A DNA stretch of 64,000 nt from Candidatus Eiseniibacteriota bacterium (GTDB lineage: Bacteria > Eisenbacteria > RBG-16-71-46 > SZUA-252). Where the stretch lies: assembly GCA_963703225.1 (NCBI GenBank), contig OY969801.1:2080001-2144000 (forward strand). The letters are read 5' to 3'. Made by a program: the position numbers and the translations under genes. Shown piece by piece: positions 29,926-39,552 of the stretch (position 1 is its first letter; the number at the start of each line of letters is the position of its first letter). Below the pieces are notes generated by a model that saw nothing but the letters and a program-made list of their open reading frames with translations, was not told the DNA's origin and did not search any database.

Positions 29926-30123
29926 ATGAAGCGAGCCACGACGTCACCCGCCCCATGGTTTCTCGCGCGCCGAGCGCCGGAAGTCTATTGCCGGCGCGAC
30001 AATCGCGTCTACCCATTCTGTCCGCACGCCGCGGAGGGGAAAACCTGCCCCTGCCTTCAGGCGCTCGAAACCGCGGACGGGCTCTTCGAGCCGAAATCCA
30101 CGGACGAGGAATCTCTCCCCTAA
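29926..30123 (+). CDS. Small Cys-rich hypothetical protein (65 aa)
   Basis: ATG preceded by GGGAG at a 7-nt spacing, upstream sigma54 motif, C-x9-CPH-x6-CPC, downstream hairpin. Confidence 0.58.
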   Translation: MKRATTSPAPWFLARRAPEVYCRRDNRVYPFCPHAAEGKTCPCLQALETADGLFEPKSTDEESLP

Positions 30124-30230
30124 GGCGCGGCTGGATCGATCCACCCCTGGGTGAAACTCCGCCGCCACTCTAGGCAGCGGCGGAAGCCAAGTCAACGAGA
30201 AGAGGCCGATCCCCACCCGGCCGGGCCCGC

Positions 30231-30260
30231 TTGACACCCCTCGGAAGCCTCATGTAGCGT
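30231..30260 (+). promoter_or_regulatory. Sigma70-type promoter
   Basis: TTGACA-N18-TAGCGT, 7 nt before TTG 30268. Confidence 0.6.
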
Positions 30261-30267
30261 CGGACTC

Positions 30268-31188
30268 TTGTCGGCTTCCGTGGCTCTTGGATCACGCGAA
30301 TCGGCCGTGCTCCCGCGCTCCATTCTCCGAATGATTCAGATGCTCTCGTCGTCGCTGCCGGTCCCGGCCCAGCGGGCGTGCGCGCGGGCGCTCGCTGCCT
30401 TTCAGTACCGCTGGAGCCGCGAACGCCGCACCGCGGTACTCGCGAATCTCGAGCGCATCGCGGCCTCGGGCTACCCCCATCTGGCCGAACCGCGCGCCCG
30501 AGAGCGGACGGCGCGTCGGATGTTCGAGGCCCACCACCGGGGGTGGATCGAGTACCTGGGGCGGACGGCTCCGCGCGCGCGGCCCAAGGAAGCGAGCTAT
30601 CGCGTGAGCGGCACCGAGCACCTCTACCGCGCGGTCGCCGGCGGGCGGGGCGCGGTCCTCGCCTTGCCCCACCTGGGCAACTGGGAGATGTTCGGGCCCG
30701 CTCTGTTGGGGCTCGGGCTCAAGGTCCACACGGTGACCGGCGTACAGCTTCACCACAGTCTGGCCCGGGAAGTGCGGGCGCTCAAGGAGAGCGAAGGGAT
30801 TCGCGTCAACACGCCCGAGGACGGCTTCCTGCCACTCTTGAACGCGCTCCGCGGCGGCGGCATCGTGGCGCTGCTGGTGGATGGCGACATCTTCTCGCGG
30901 TCGCTCCCCACGGAGTTCTTCGGGCGTCGGATCGCCTTTCCGGCGGGCCCCGCGATCCTCGCGCGCCGAGCCAGGGTCCCGATCGTCCACGGCCACGCCG
31001 TCCGCACCGAGTCCGGCCGCCACCACATTTCCTTCGACGGACTGGACGAGCCCGACCTCTCTTTGACTCTTCAAGAAGATCTGGACCGTCTCACCGCGGG
31101 CGTCGCGCGGACACTGGAGCGGAACATCGCGGCCCACGTCGCCCAGTGGTGCATCTTCCGCCCGCTCTGGGAGACCGATGCCGCTTAA
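30268..31188 (+). CDS. LpxL/PatA-family acyltransferase (start uncertain)
   Basis: HLGNWE (H-x4-E), VALLVD, EFFG, GPAILA, QWCIF. Confidence 0.85.
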   Translation: MSASVALGSRESAVLPRSILRMIQMLSSSLPVPAQRACARALAAFQYRWSRERRTAVLANLERIAASGYPHLAEPRARERTARRMFEAHHRGWIEYLGRTAPRARPKEASYRVSGTEHLYRAVAGGRGAVLALPHLGNWEMFGPALLGLGLKVHTVTGVQLHHSLAREVRALKESEGIRVNTPEDGFLPLLNALRGGGIVALLVDGDIFSRSLPTEFFGRRIAFPAGPAILARRARVPIVHGHAVRTESGRHHISFDGLDEPDLSLTLQEDLDRLTAGVARTLERNIAAHVAQWCIFRPLWETDAA

Positions 31189-32368
31189 GGTCGGGATCGT
31201 CACGCAGGCTTACCACCCCGCGGTGGGCGGCGTGACCGAGCACGTCGACGCCACGGCGCGGGTGCTCCGCTCCCGCGGCCATGAGGTCACCGTCGTGACC
31301 TCGCGCTTCGGTGGCGAAGCGCGTCCCGAGCCGGGAGTGGTGCGGATGGGTCGGAATCTTTCCGTCCCCTACAACGGCGCCGAGAATAACCTGACCCTCG
31401 GCCTGGGGCTCACGCGAGGCCTCGGCGGGACGTTCGCGCGGGAGCGCTTCGACGTGATCCATGTCCACTGCCCGCTTTCCCCCGTCCTGCCGCTCCTGGC
31501 GCTTCGTCTCGCCCGGTGCCCGGTGGTCGGCACGTTCCATTCGGCGCTCTCATCCGACACCCATCTGAAGTTGTTCCGGCCGGTTCTCCGCCCCTTTTAC
31601 AGGAAGATCGATCGCGTGATCGCGGTTTCGGAAACGGCGCGTCGCTGCGTGGACGCGCTATTTCCAGGGCCGATCGAGATCGTTCCCAACGGGGTGGACC
31701 TCGCGCGGTTCCGGCCAGGGCTCACGCGGCTCGAGCGATACGACGACGGTTGCCCCAACATCCTCTTCGTCGGCCGATTCGACGAGAGAAAGGGTCTGCC
31801 GGAGCTCTTGCAGGCCTGCGCCGTGCTGGCGCGCGAATCCCTTCCCTTTCGGCTGATCCTGGTGGGAGACGGACGGCTAAGACCCCAGGTCGAGCGGCTG
31901 GCGCGCGGAGCCCTCCATGGACGTGTGCACTTCGAGGGACGCGTGGGGCACGAGCGTTTGCCGCGCTTCTACGCATCGGCCGATCTCTTCTGCTCTCCGG
32001 CCCGCGACGGCGAGAGCTTTGGGATGGTCCTCTTGGAAGCCATGGCCTCGGGCGTCCCGATTGTGGCGACCGATCTCGCGGGCTATCGATCGGTCCTCAC
32101 GCCCGACGCGGAGGGGATCATGGTTTCGCCCCACGATCCGGTCTCCCTCGCCGAGGCGCTCCGCCGCCTCCTCACCGATCCCGCGCTGCGCGCGCGATTG
32201 GGCGCGCGCGGCATGGAGACGGCGCGCGGTTACGGGTGGCCGCGGGTGGTTGACCGCCTCGAGAAGATCTACGGCTCGCTCGCGGGGACGTTGCCTGCGG
32301 ATTCGGACCCTGAGACGCTCCAACCGGAGCGATCGCCGGTCGTCTCGCTCACCGCGGCCACCCATTGA
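31178..32368 (+). CDS. GT4 glycosyltransferase, PimA-like
   Basis: GGVTEHV, VPYNG, VGTFH, VPNGVD, FVGRFDERKG, GESFGMVLLEAMA. Confidence 0.88.
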   Translation: MPLKVGIVTQAYHPAVGGVTEHVDATARVLRSRGHEVTVVTSRFGGEARPEPGVVRMGRNLSVPYNGAENNLTLGLGLTRGLGGTFARERFDVIHVHCPLSPVLPLLALRLARCPVVGTFHSALSSDTHLKLFRPVLRPFYRKIDRVIAVSETARRCVDALFPGPIEIVPNGVDLARFRPGLTRLERYDDGCPNILFVGRFDERKGLPELLQACAVLARESLPFRLILVGDGRLRPQVERLARGALHGRVHFEGRVGHERLPRFYASADLFCSPARDGESFGMVLLEAMASGVPIVATDLAGYRSVLTPDAEGIMVSPHDPVSLAEALRRLLTDPALRARLGARGMETARGYGWPRVVDRLEKIYGSLAGTLPADSDPETLQPERSPVVSLTAATH

Positions 32369-33636
32369 AGCTCGGAGCGTCGCCGCTCCAGCTCTTTCGC
32401 CTCCCCAACTTTCGCGCGCTCTGGCTGGGACAGCTGATCTCCATCTTTGGAGATCGATTGACCTACCTGGCCCTCCTCGCCTTGATCCTCGAGCGCGCGG
32501 CCGATCCAAGGAATCCGGCCCCCGAGCTCGCGCTGATTCCCCTCGCGAGCTTTCTCCCCGCGATCCTCTTCGGTCCCTGGGCTGGCGCGTTGGTCGACGG
32601 CTGGAGCACCCGCGCGACCCTCCTCATCTCGGACGGGATCCGCGCGGTCGTGGTGCTCGCCATCATCCCGGCGGTCGGATGGGGCGGTCTGCCGGCCGCA
32701 CTCGGGCTGATCTTTCTGCTCTATCTCGTGAACGCGTTCTTTCTACCCGCGCGGTCGGCGATCCTTCCCGACCTCGTCCCCGAGCAATCTCTGGTCGAGG
32801 CCAACTCCCTCGCCACGCTGGCCGGGATCGTCGCGACCATCGTCGGATCGGTCCTGGGGGGAGCGCTGGTGGAACGGGCGGGGTGGAAGATCGGATTTCA
32901 AATCGACGCGGCCACCTACTTCGTCTCCGTCCTGGCGCTCGCGTTCATCCGGGTAAAGCCCCGCGTGGCGCGGCCGCGCGGCGACGGCGTCGTCCCGGGA
33001 TATCGGCGGATCGCGCGCGACGTGCGCGAAGGGGCGCGGATCACCCTCGCCTCGCGGCCGACGCTCGGCGCGATCGGGGCGATGACGATGCTCTGGATCG
33101 CCGGCGGGGCGCTCCACGTCTCGCTGCCCCAGGTCCTCGGGCTGCGTCGCGAAGGCGTGATTTCGGGACTCGGCGGCGCGCTCGGCGCGGCGGCGCTCGG
33201 TATGGTGGCCGGCACGCTCCTCCTGGCGGGACGCGGGGGGACGCTCACACCTCGCCATCGGGTCGTCGTCGGGCTGGTTGGCTCTGGCATGGCGATCGCC
33301 GCGTTCGCGGCGCTCCGCCACCCGTTGGCGCTCGCCGGCGCGGCGTTCGCCGCGGGGATCTTTGTCGCCTTCCTTCTTGTGACGACCGAAGCAGCCATCC
33401 AGGCCTCGATCGCCGCCGAGGCGCGCGGCAGGGTCTTCGCGCTCCGGGATTTCCTGGCGAGGGTCGGCGTGCTCGCGAGCGCGGGTCTGCTCGGGCTCGT
33501 CTTGAAGCGAGGGTGGATGACGCCGACGTCGGTTGTGGGATTGGCGGGGGGAATCTTGGTGCTCGGAGGACTGATCGGCGCTCTGTTACGATGCGACGGA
33601 GCGCGCCAGGCTCCAGCGACGGGGCTACAGAGCTAG
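32365..33636 (+). CDS. MFS transporter
   Basis: FRALWLGQLISIFGD, AGALVD, about 12 hydrophobic segments, RGRVFA; start overlaps the GT stop. Confidence 0.9.
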   Translation: MKLGASPLQLFRLPNFRALWLGQLISIFGDRLTYLALLALILERAADPRNPAPELALIPLASFLPAILFGPWAGALVDGWSTRATLLISDGIRAVVVLAIIPAVGWGGLPAALGLIFLLYLVNAFFLPARSAILPDLVPEQSLVEANSLATLAGIVATIVGSVLGGALVERAGWKIGFQIDAATYFVSVLALAFIRVKPRVARPRGDGVVPGYRRIARDVREGARITLASRPTLGAIGAMTMLWIAGGALHVSLPQVLGLRREGVISGLGGALGAAALGMVAGTLLLAGRGGTLTPRHRVVVGLVGSGMAIAAFAALRHPLALAGAAFAAGIFVAFLLVTTEAAIQASIAAEARGRVFALRDFLARVGVLASAGLLGLVLKRGWMTPTSVVGLAGGILVLGGLIGALLRCDGARQAPATGLQS

Positions 33637-34514
33637 AAGATCTTCTTTCCGTCGGCCAGCATGTCGTTCAGGGCGTCCCGGAAGTAGGGCGTCGAGTTGG
33701 CGAACTCGGATCCGACCCGCTCCTTGTAGATCTCCCACGATTTCTTGATTTCGTACCCGAGCATCGCGACCAGGTTTCCCTCCCGCATTCCGCGCTCCTT
33801 CTTGTCGCGGTTGTAGATCGCGATGTCGGAGGCGAGAACGCGGGCGAGTCGCCGGGCCTTCTCGTGGGCGGAGCGCTCTACGGGCGAGAGCCCCTCCGGC
33901 AACGGGGTGCCCGTCGGTGCCGGAGAAGTGGACACGGCCTCCGGAGCCGGCGCGGCCGCTTCAGCGGCCTTACCTTGCCCGACTTCCGCCGTCTGCGGTG
34001 CTTCGTCGACGACCGGCTGCTCCTCGCGCGCGACCGCCACGGGAGACGGAGGGGCCACCGGCGACTCCACCGTCATCGTCGAACCATAGCCGGCCATGGA
34101 AGGCGTCGAGGCGTCCGTGAAGGAAGGTGGCGATCCGAATCGAGCCGGGGCTCCGGCCCGCTCGAATTCGTCCTCGGCCGCGGGGGCCTCGGGCGGCGGC
34201 TCTTGAGGAAAATGCTCCAGCGGCATCTCGGACTCGGGTGACCGCGCGGACGGCTTCTCCGCGGCCGCGGACGGTGCGTCGAAGCCGGATGAAACCGGAT
34301 CCTGATCGGAATCCGTGGCCGGGACCGGCGCCGCGGGAGACTCCGGGGACGGGGGAATCAGCTCCAAGTCTTGTGGAGCGAGCTCCGTCAACGGAGGCGG
34401 AGGAATCGTGATCAGGGTCGCGCACTTCTTGCATTTGACGCGCGCTCCCTGCGGAGGAATGAGCGAATCCTGAATGTTGTATCGGGCGCCGCAATTGCCG
34501 CAGTCGAGGATCAT
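33633..34514 (-). CDS. MJ0042-type zinc-ribbon protein with Pro/Ala/Glu linker and C-terminal helical domain
   Basis: CGNC...VKCKKC at the N-terminus; C-terminal KARRLARVLASDIAIYN...YFRDALND. Confidence 0.85.
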   Translation of the reverse strand: MILDCGNCGARYNIQDSLIPPQGARVKCKKCATLITIPPPPLTELAPQDLELIPPSPESPAAPVPATDSDQDPVSSGFDAPSAAAEKPSARSPESEMPLEHFPQEPPPEAPAAEDEFERAGAPARFGSPPSFTDASTPSMAGYGSTMTVESPVAPPSPVAVAREEQPVVDEAPQTAEVGQGKAAEAAAPAPEAVSTSPAPTGTPLPEGLSPVERSAHEKARRLARVLASDIAIYNRDKKERGMREGNLVAMLGYEIKKSWEIYKERVGSEFANSTPYFRDALNDMLADGKKIF

Positions 34515-34560
34515 TCGCGAGGCTCCTGGGGCTCTCTGGGTCGACGGCCGTTCGATCCCT

Positions 34561-34587
34561 CTATCGGCCGATCGCCCTGCATCTTTG
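34561..34587 (-). promoter_or_regulatory. Sigma28-like promoter
   Basis: CAAA-N15-GCCGATAG, about 46 nt upstream of ATG 34514. Confidence 0.68.
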
Positions 34588-34596
34588 ACGATTTCT

Positions 34597-36666
34597 CTAG
34601 CCGCTTCCCAGGTACCTGTCGGCGCCCGCGAAGCGTGCCTCGATCCAGGCCCTGAGCCGAGGCTCCCCCTCCTCGGCCTCCCCCCGCTCGAGGAGGACCT
34701 GGGCCCAGTCGCGGCCGGCCTCGATCAAGTCCTGATCTTTGAACGGGTCAGCGGCCCGAAACTCCGGGAAACCGTGCTGGGACGTCCCCAGTAGCTCCCC
34801 AGGCCCGCGGAGCTTGAGATCCTCCTCCGCCAGCCGGAATCCGTCCGAGACCGTCTGGAAGATCCGAAGACGGCTCCTCGCCGCCTGGCCGATCCCCCGT
34901 CCCATGACGAGCACGCAGCGTCCGGCCCGGTCCGCCCTGCCTACCCGTCCCCGGAGTTGATGGAGCTGGGCCAGACCGAAGCGCTCGGGGTGCTCGATCG
35001 CGACCAGGGTCGCCTCCGGAATGTCGAGCCCCACTTCGACCACCGTCGTCGCGACCAGGATTCGCGCTTCGCCGCTTCGAAACCGCGCGATCGCGTCCCG
35101 CCGCTCTTCCGCCTTGAGCCGTCCGTGAACGAGCGCCACCCCGGCGCCCGCGAGGGCGGGCACGGAGGCCAGCCTGGAGGCCATGGCCGTCGCCGCCTTG
35201 AGGTCGATCGCCTCGCTTTCCTCGACCACGGGATAGACCACGAACGCGCTCCCTCCCCGCGCGACCTCCTCGCGAAGGAGCTCGACGAGCGAGCCAGGCC
35301 GGTCGCCGTCCAGGACCTTGGTCTCGACCGGCGCGCGGCCGGGAGGCTTTTCGTCGAGCAGAGATACGTCGAGATCTCCATAGAGCGTCAACGCGAGGCT
35401 GCGCGGGATCGGCGTCGCGGTCAAGACGAGGAGGTGGGCTCCGGGCGCTTCGGTGCCCCCCTGGGTCAGGGTGACCCGCTGGCGCACCCCGAACCGGTGC
35501 TGCTCGTCGACCACGACGAGCGCGAGGGAGCGAAAGACGAGATCCCGCTCAAGGAGCGCGTGGGTACCGATCGCGATGGGAATCTCTCCCGAGGCGAATC
35601 CTGCGCCAAGGCGCTCCCTCTCCTTGGCGGGCGTCGCGGCCGTGCGAAGCCCGATGGGAATCGCGAGCCCAGCCAGGAGGCGGGCGGCCGTCACCGCGTG
35701 CTGCTCCGCGAGAATGGAGGTGGGCGCCAGGATCGCGGCCTGGTGCCCCGCGCCGACCGCGCGCAGCGCCGCCGCGAGAGCCACGACGGTCTTCCCCGAG
35801 CCGACGTCGCCCAAGAGCAGGCGCCGCATCGGAACCGACCGGTCGAGGTCCCCCGCGATCGCTTCCACGGCCCTGGACTGGGCGGGCGTCGGGACGAACG
35901 GGAGGGATTGGATGAACCGTTCGGCGATCCCCGATCCGCGCTCCAGCGAAAGCGCGCGGCGCCCCCGCCGGTGGCGGCGACGGGCGTACTGGAGCGAGAT
36001 CTGAAGCGTCAGGATTTCCTCGAGCGCCAGCCGCCGGCGCGCGGGCTCCGCGTCCTCAGGGCGTGGAGGAAAATGAACCATCTCCATCGCCTGCGAAAGG
36101 GGCGGGACACCGACGCGCGAGCGCCAGTCGTCGGGGAGGAGATCGGGAATCGGCCCGAGCGCGTCGAGGGCGGCGCGCACCCGGGCCCTCAGCCAGCGAT
36201 CGCTGACTCCCTCCGTCAGCGCGTAGCGCGGGACGACCCGCCCGACGTGAAGGTGGCCCTCGGTCCCCTCGGCCGGCTCGAATTCGGGGTTGTGGAGCTC
36301 CAGCCCGCGAAACGCTTGCACGGCGCCGGAGAAGAGAAAGTGGTCCCCCACGCGGAGCGAGGATTCCAGGTGGGGCTGGTTGAACCAGACGGCGCGGAGA
36401 ACGCCGCTTTCGTCCCGGAGCGTCCCCTGGAGATCCTGACGGCCGCGGAGGCGGCGGACGCGAAGAGCGGCCACCGTCGCGAGAATGGAGGCCTCCGAGC
36501 CGGGCGTGAGTCGGGCGATCGGGGAGATCGCGCGGCGGTCCCGGTAGCCGGTCGGGACGTGGAACAGGAGGTCCCGGATCGTCTCGATGCCGAGGCGGGA
36601 GAGCCGGCGCGACATCTCCGGACCCACGCCGCGCAGATACCGGACTGAATCGGAGAGGGCGGCCAT
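34597..36666 (-). CDS. recG: ATP-dependent DNA helicase RecG
   Basis: GDVGSGKT, DEQHRFG, TATPIPRSL, ERFGLAQLHQLRGRVGR, EDLKLRGPGE. Confidence 0.97.
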   Translation of the reverse strand: MAALSDSVRYLRGVGPEMSRRLSRLGIETIRDLLFHVPTGYRDRRAISPIARLTPGSEASILATVAALRVRRLRGRQDLQGTLRDESGVLRAVWFNQPHLESSLRVGDHFLFSGAVQAFRGLELHNPEFEPAEGTEGHLHVGRVVPRYALTEGVSDRWLRARVRAALDALGPIPDLLPDDWRSRVGVPPLSQAMEMVHFPPRPEDAEPARRRLALEEILTLQISLQYARRRHRRGRRALSLERGSGIAERFIQSLPFVPTPAQSRAVEAIAGDLDRSVPMRRLLLGDVGSGKTVVALAAALRAVGAGHQAAILAPTSILAEQHAVTAARLLAGLAIPIGLRTAATPAKERERLGAGFASGEIPIAIGTHALLERDLVFRSLALVVVDEQHRFGVRQRVTLTQGGTEAPGAHLLVLTATPIPRSLALTLYGDLDVSLLDEKPPGRAPVETKVLDGDRPGSLVELLREEVARGGSAFVVYPVVEESEAIDLKAATAMASRLASVPALAGAGVALVHGRLKAEERRDAIARFRSGEARILVATTVVEVGLDIPEATLVAIEHPERFGLAQLHQLRGRVGRADRAGRCVLVMGRGIGQAARSRLRIFQTVSDGFRLAEEDLKLRGPGELLGTSQHGFPEFRAADPFKDQDLIEAGRDWAQVLLERGEAEEGEPRLRAWIEARFAGADRYLGSG

Positions 36667-36673
36667 CCCAGCG

Positions 36674-36703
36674 ATGCTAGGCGCCGCCCTCAACCGAAGT
36701 CAA
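36674..36703 (-). promoter_or_regulatory. Sigma70-type promoter abutting the recG start
   Basis: TTGACT-N18-TAGCAT, then 7 nt, then ATG. Confidence 0.65.
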
Positions 36704-36717
36704 ACTTCGTCCGCCGG

Positions 36718-37029
36718 TCAGTTCGTCAGCGTCTGCCCGGACTGGTAGTTGCTCGAAGCAGGATTCGCCGGCTTCTCCGGCGCCTGTGCCGGGTCGCCGG
36801 CAGCGGGGGGCGTCGTCGATTCCGGCGTCACCGCCGGGGTCGCGTTCTCCGCCGCGTGCTGGTTGCTCTTCTGGATCGTGATCCCCATCGCGAGCGCGAT
36901 CGCGCCGATCAGGAGCACCGCGATCACCAGGGGCGCCGCCGCGAAGCGGCTCCCCTTGCTCTTCCCCGCGCCCCGATCCGCCGAGGCGGACCGGGACTTC
37001 TTGCTCTTTTCCCTTCCCTGAGGCGTCAT
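36718..37029 (-). CDS. Small single-pass membrane protein
   Basis: Basic N-terminus, TM PLVIAVLLIGAIALAMGI, Pro/Thr/Ala tail; starts 1 nt after the pilX stop. Confidence 0.7.
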   Translation of the reverse strand: MTPQGREKSKKSRSASADRGAGKSKGSRFAAAPLVIAVLLIGAIALAMGITIQKSNQHAAENATPAVTPESTTPPAAGDPAQAPEKPANPASSNYQSGQTLTN

Positions 37030-37030
37030 T

Positions 37031-38668
37031 TTAGAGCTCCCTCCACGCGACCGTCCGAGCGGACGGCAGGTCCGCCGTGAACCGATTGGTCGTCGGGAAA
37101 TAGGGCGGGATGACACCCCGCCGGTCGTATTGGAAATTGCGTCCGAACCCGGTCGACTGCTGCCCAGTCGACGAGTTGAACGTGCCGAACGCTCCGTAGT
37201 TGTACTCCACCATCCCCCCTCGGAGATTGAATGTCCCGCGCGGCTCGCCGCTGTCGTAACCGTCCACCGTGAAGGACTTGCCGCTCCCCGTCGCCATGAC
37301 GAACGCATCGAGGTTCATGTCGTCGGGCGCGGTGGAGCCGATCCGAACGTTCCCGTTCACCGAGAAGAGGCCGAGGACGTTCTGGCTGTTGGGATAGCCG
37401 TCGTACGTCACGTCGCGCGTGACCACGATGTCGCCGGTCGAAGCCAGGAGCATCTGCGTGTCCAGAGCGATCGCGGGCGGCGGCGACCCGCTCACGCGAT
37501 CGGGGCCGCGCAGGTCGCTCACCGAGCCGTTGACATACGAGACTCCGCGAGGCACGCCGTTGTAATCAGTCGTGGTCGAACCCGTGACGACGCGCGTCGT
37601 GGTCGCGCTCGCGTTGACCGTGATCGTCGTCGTCGTGGAACCCTGTTTCACTGCGTAGACCTGATTGCCGTACGCGTCGATGCTCGTCGTCATCCGGTCC
37701 ACGGATCCCTGAATGTAGATTCCGCCGCTCACATCCGAGCCGGAGTGCGGCACGTAGACGCCCGTCGGCGGCGCGCTGCTGCCCGATCCGAGCCCCAGCG
37801 CCGTGTTGATCTGGCTATTGCTGGGCGACGTCATGTCGGACGGGTCTCTCCCCAGCGCCGCGTTCTGCTGGCTGAACGCGTTGGTCGGGAGCGGAATCGC
37901 CGCCTGGTTGCGGTCGAATCCGCCGTAAAGGGCCGGGACGTCGATCGTGCCGTTGTGGTCCGAGTTCAGCTCGACCGGGTCGCCCTTGTTGTTGTACCAC
38001 GCTTCGGGATCCACGCTCGTCACCAAGTCCTGGAATTCCGGCTTGTTCGCGAAGCGGAACTCGCCGTTGGTGTGGACGCGGCCATCGAACCGGGTATTCG
38101 ACGTGAACCAGATCGGGTTGTTGCCCGGCGTGAGGTGGACGTTCGTGAAGACCAGGTAGTCCGAGAAGGACCCACGCGAGACGCTCACCCGGAGAATGCC
38201 GGTGGTCTGGATCGAGCGAGAGCCGGCGGCGCCGAAGCCGCCCGTCGCGCTCGTCGTATAGGTGTAGTCGTAGAACTGCGCCGACGGCTGAAGCGTGCTG
38301 TCCGTAAAGGCAATCGTCGCCGAGGCGTTGAATCTGGGATTCGTGCCGGCCGTGGTGATGGCGCCGGCCGGGAAGACCCCCTGCGGATTGCTGATGATCG
38401 GACCCACGCCGCTCCAGGCGGCGACCAAGCTGTCGAGCTTGGCTTTCGCCATGTTCGCGAGCGCCTGCTGGGTGACGCGCACGCCGGCGTCGGCGGAGAG
38501 AAGGGCTCCGCGGGCGATGTGCACGTTCGACGAGATCGACCGCTCACCGGTGACCGTCGACATGAACGTCAGTCCGAGGATGGAGGCCAGCATTACGACG
38601 AGCAGCGCGCTGATGAGCGCGAAGCCCCGCTCGCCTTCCCTGGCGTTCACGATCGATCCGGTATACAT
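37031..38668 (-). CDS. Large PilX/ComZ-like (DUF4900-like) tip pilin
   Basis: Prepilin site ERG|FALISALL (no Glu5), FDGRVHTNG, C-terminal GFGRNFQYD...PPYFPT; AGGAGG RBS. Confidence 0.72.
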   Translation of the reverse strand: MYTGSIVNAREGERGFALISALLVVMLASILGLTFMSTVTGERSISSNVHIARGALLSADAGVRVTQQALANMAKAKLDSLVAAWSGVGPIISNPQGVFPAGAITTAGTNPRFNASATIAFTDSTLQPSAQFYDYTYTTSATGGFGAAGSRSIQTTGILRVSVSRGSFSDYLVFTNVHLTPGNNPIWFTSNTRFDGRVHTNGEFRFANKPEFQDLVTSVDPEAWYNNKGDPVELNSDHNGTIDVPALYGGFDRNQAAIPLPTNAFSQQNAALGRDPSDMTSPSNSQINTALGLGSGSSAPPTGVYVPHSGSDVSGGIYIQGSVDRMTTSIDAYGNQVYAVKQGSTTTTITVNASATTTRVVTGSTTTDYNGVPRGVSYVNGSVSDLRGPDRVSGSPPPAIALDTQMLLASTGDIVVTRDVTYDGYPNSQNVLGLFSVNGNVRIGSTAPDDMNLDAFVMATGSGKSFTVDGYDSGEPRGTFNLRGGMVEYNYGAFGTFNSSTGQQSTGFGRNFQYDRRGVIPPYFPTTNRFTADLPSARTVAWREL

Positions 38669-38681
38669 GACGAATTCCTCC

Positions 38682-39551
38682 TTAGAACGTCCGCGGCCGA
38701 ACCAGCGTGTACACCGAGTCGTCAACGACGGTGGCACCTCGGTCGGTCACTCGCGTCACGATAATGGGGCGGATCTTGTCGATCAGCGACAGGTCCACCG
38801 GGTTGCGCGTCACGGTGTCGTCTTGGAGCAAGTACCAGACGTGGAACGCATTCACGTCCGTGGCAACCACCTGCGCCGGGGACCCTTGATCCCGTCGGAC
38901 GAGGCAGGGGGTCCTGAACGAAGTGTTATCCACCTTGTAGGTGACCCAGGCGACTCGGTAGACGCGGGCGCCGGTCCCGTATCCTCCGGCGGGCCAGGGC
39001 GTGTGACCGCCCGCCATGTTGTAGACGGAGGTCGCCGCGTGCGTGAGATCGGCCGGCGAGCCAGACACCGCGGTCACCTGCCAGATGTGCGCCGTGGATC
39101 CACTCGTCACGAGCACAAAGTCGCCGTTCTTGAAACCGGCCGTGCTCTGGCACTGGATCACCGAGGTGGCTGTTCCCATCGGGGCCCGAAGCGTGGTCTG
39201 CGCGTCCCAGGCTCCGAGGAGCACCAGCGAGTCGTTGCTGGCCGCCGAGACGTAGCCGGGCGTCACGGCGGTCAGGGTCATCGGGTTGCCGTTGTTGCAG
39301 CCTTGGACCGGAGTCCGTCCCCAGCCCGAGCCCACCATCCGGAGCTCGCGCTCGAGCAGCTGCAGCGCCGCGCGCGATCCCTGGCGCGCCTCCACGACCT
39401 TCTCGGTGCGCCGGGCACTCGACTGGGAGCGGAAATAGGAGTAGAAGACCGCGCCCAGGACCACGCTCAAGACGGTCAGCGTGATCATGAGCTCGACCAG
39501 GGTGTACCCCTTGTCGCTACGCCCGGACGATTTCTTCCATTCGAAGCTCAA
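38682..39551 (-). CDS. PilW-like minor pilin
   Basis: KG|YTLVELM, LERELRMVG. Confidence 0.8.
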   Translation of the reverse strand: MSFEWKKSSGRSDKGYTLVELMITLTVLSVVLGAVFYSYFRSQSSARRTEKVVEARQGSRAALQLLERELRMVGSGWGRTPVQGCNNGNPMTLTAVTPGYVSAASNDSLVLLGAWDAQTTLRAPMGTATSVIQCQSTAGFKNGDFVLVTSGSTAHIWQVTAVSGSPADLTHAATSVYNMAGGHTPWPAGGYGTGARVYRVAWVTYKVDNTSFRTPCLVRRDQGSPAQVVATDVNAFHVWYLLQDDTVTRNPVDLSLIDKIRPIIVTRVTDRGATVVDDSVYTLVRPRTF

Positions 39552-39552
39552 C

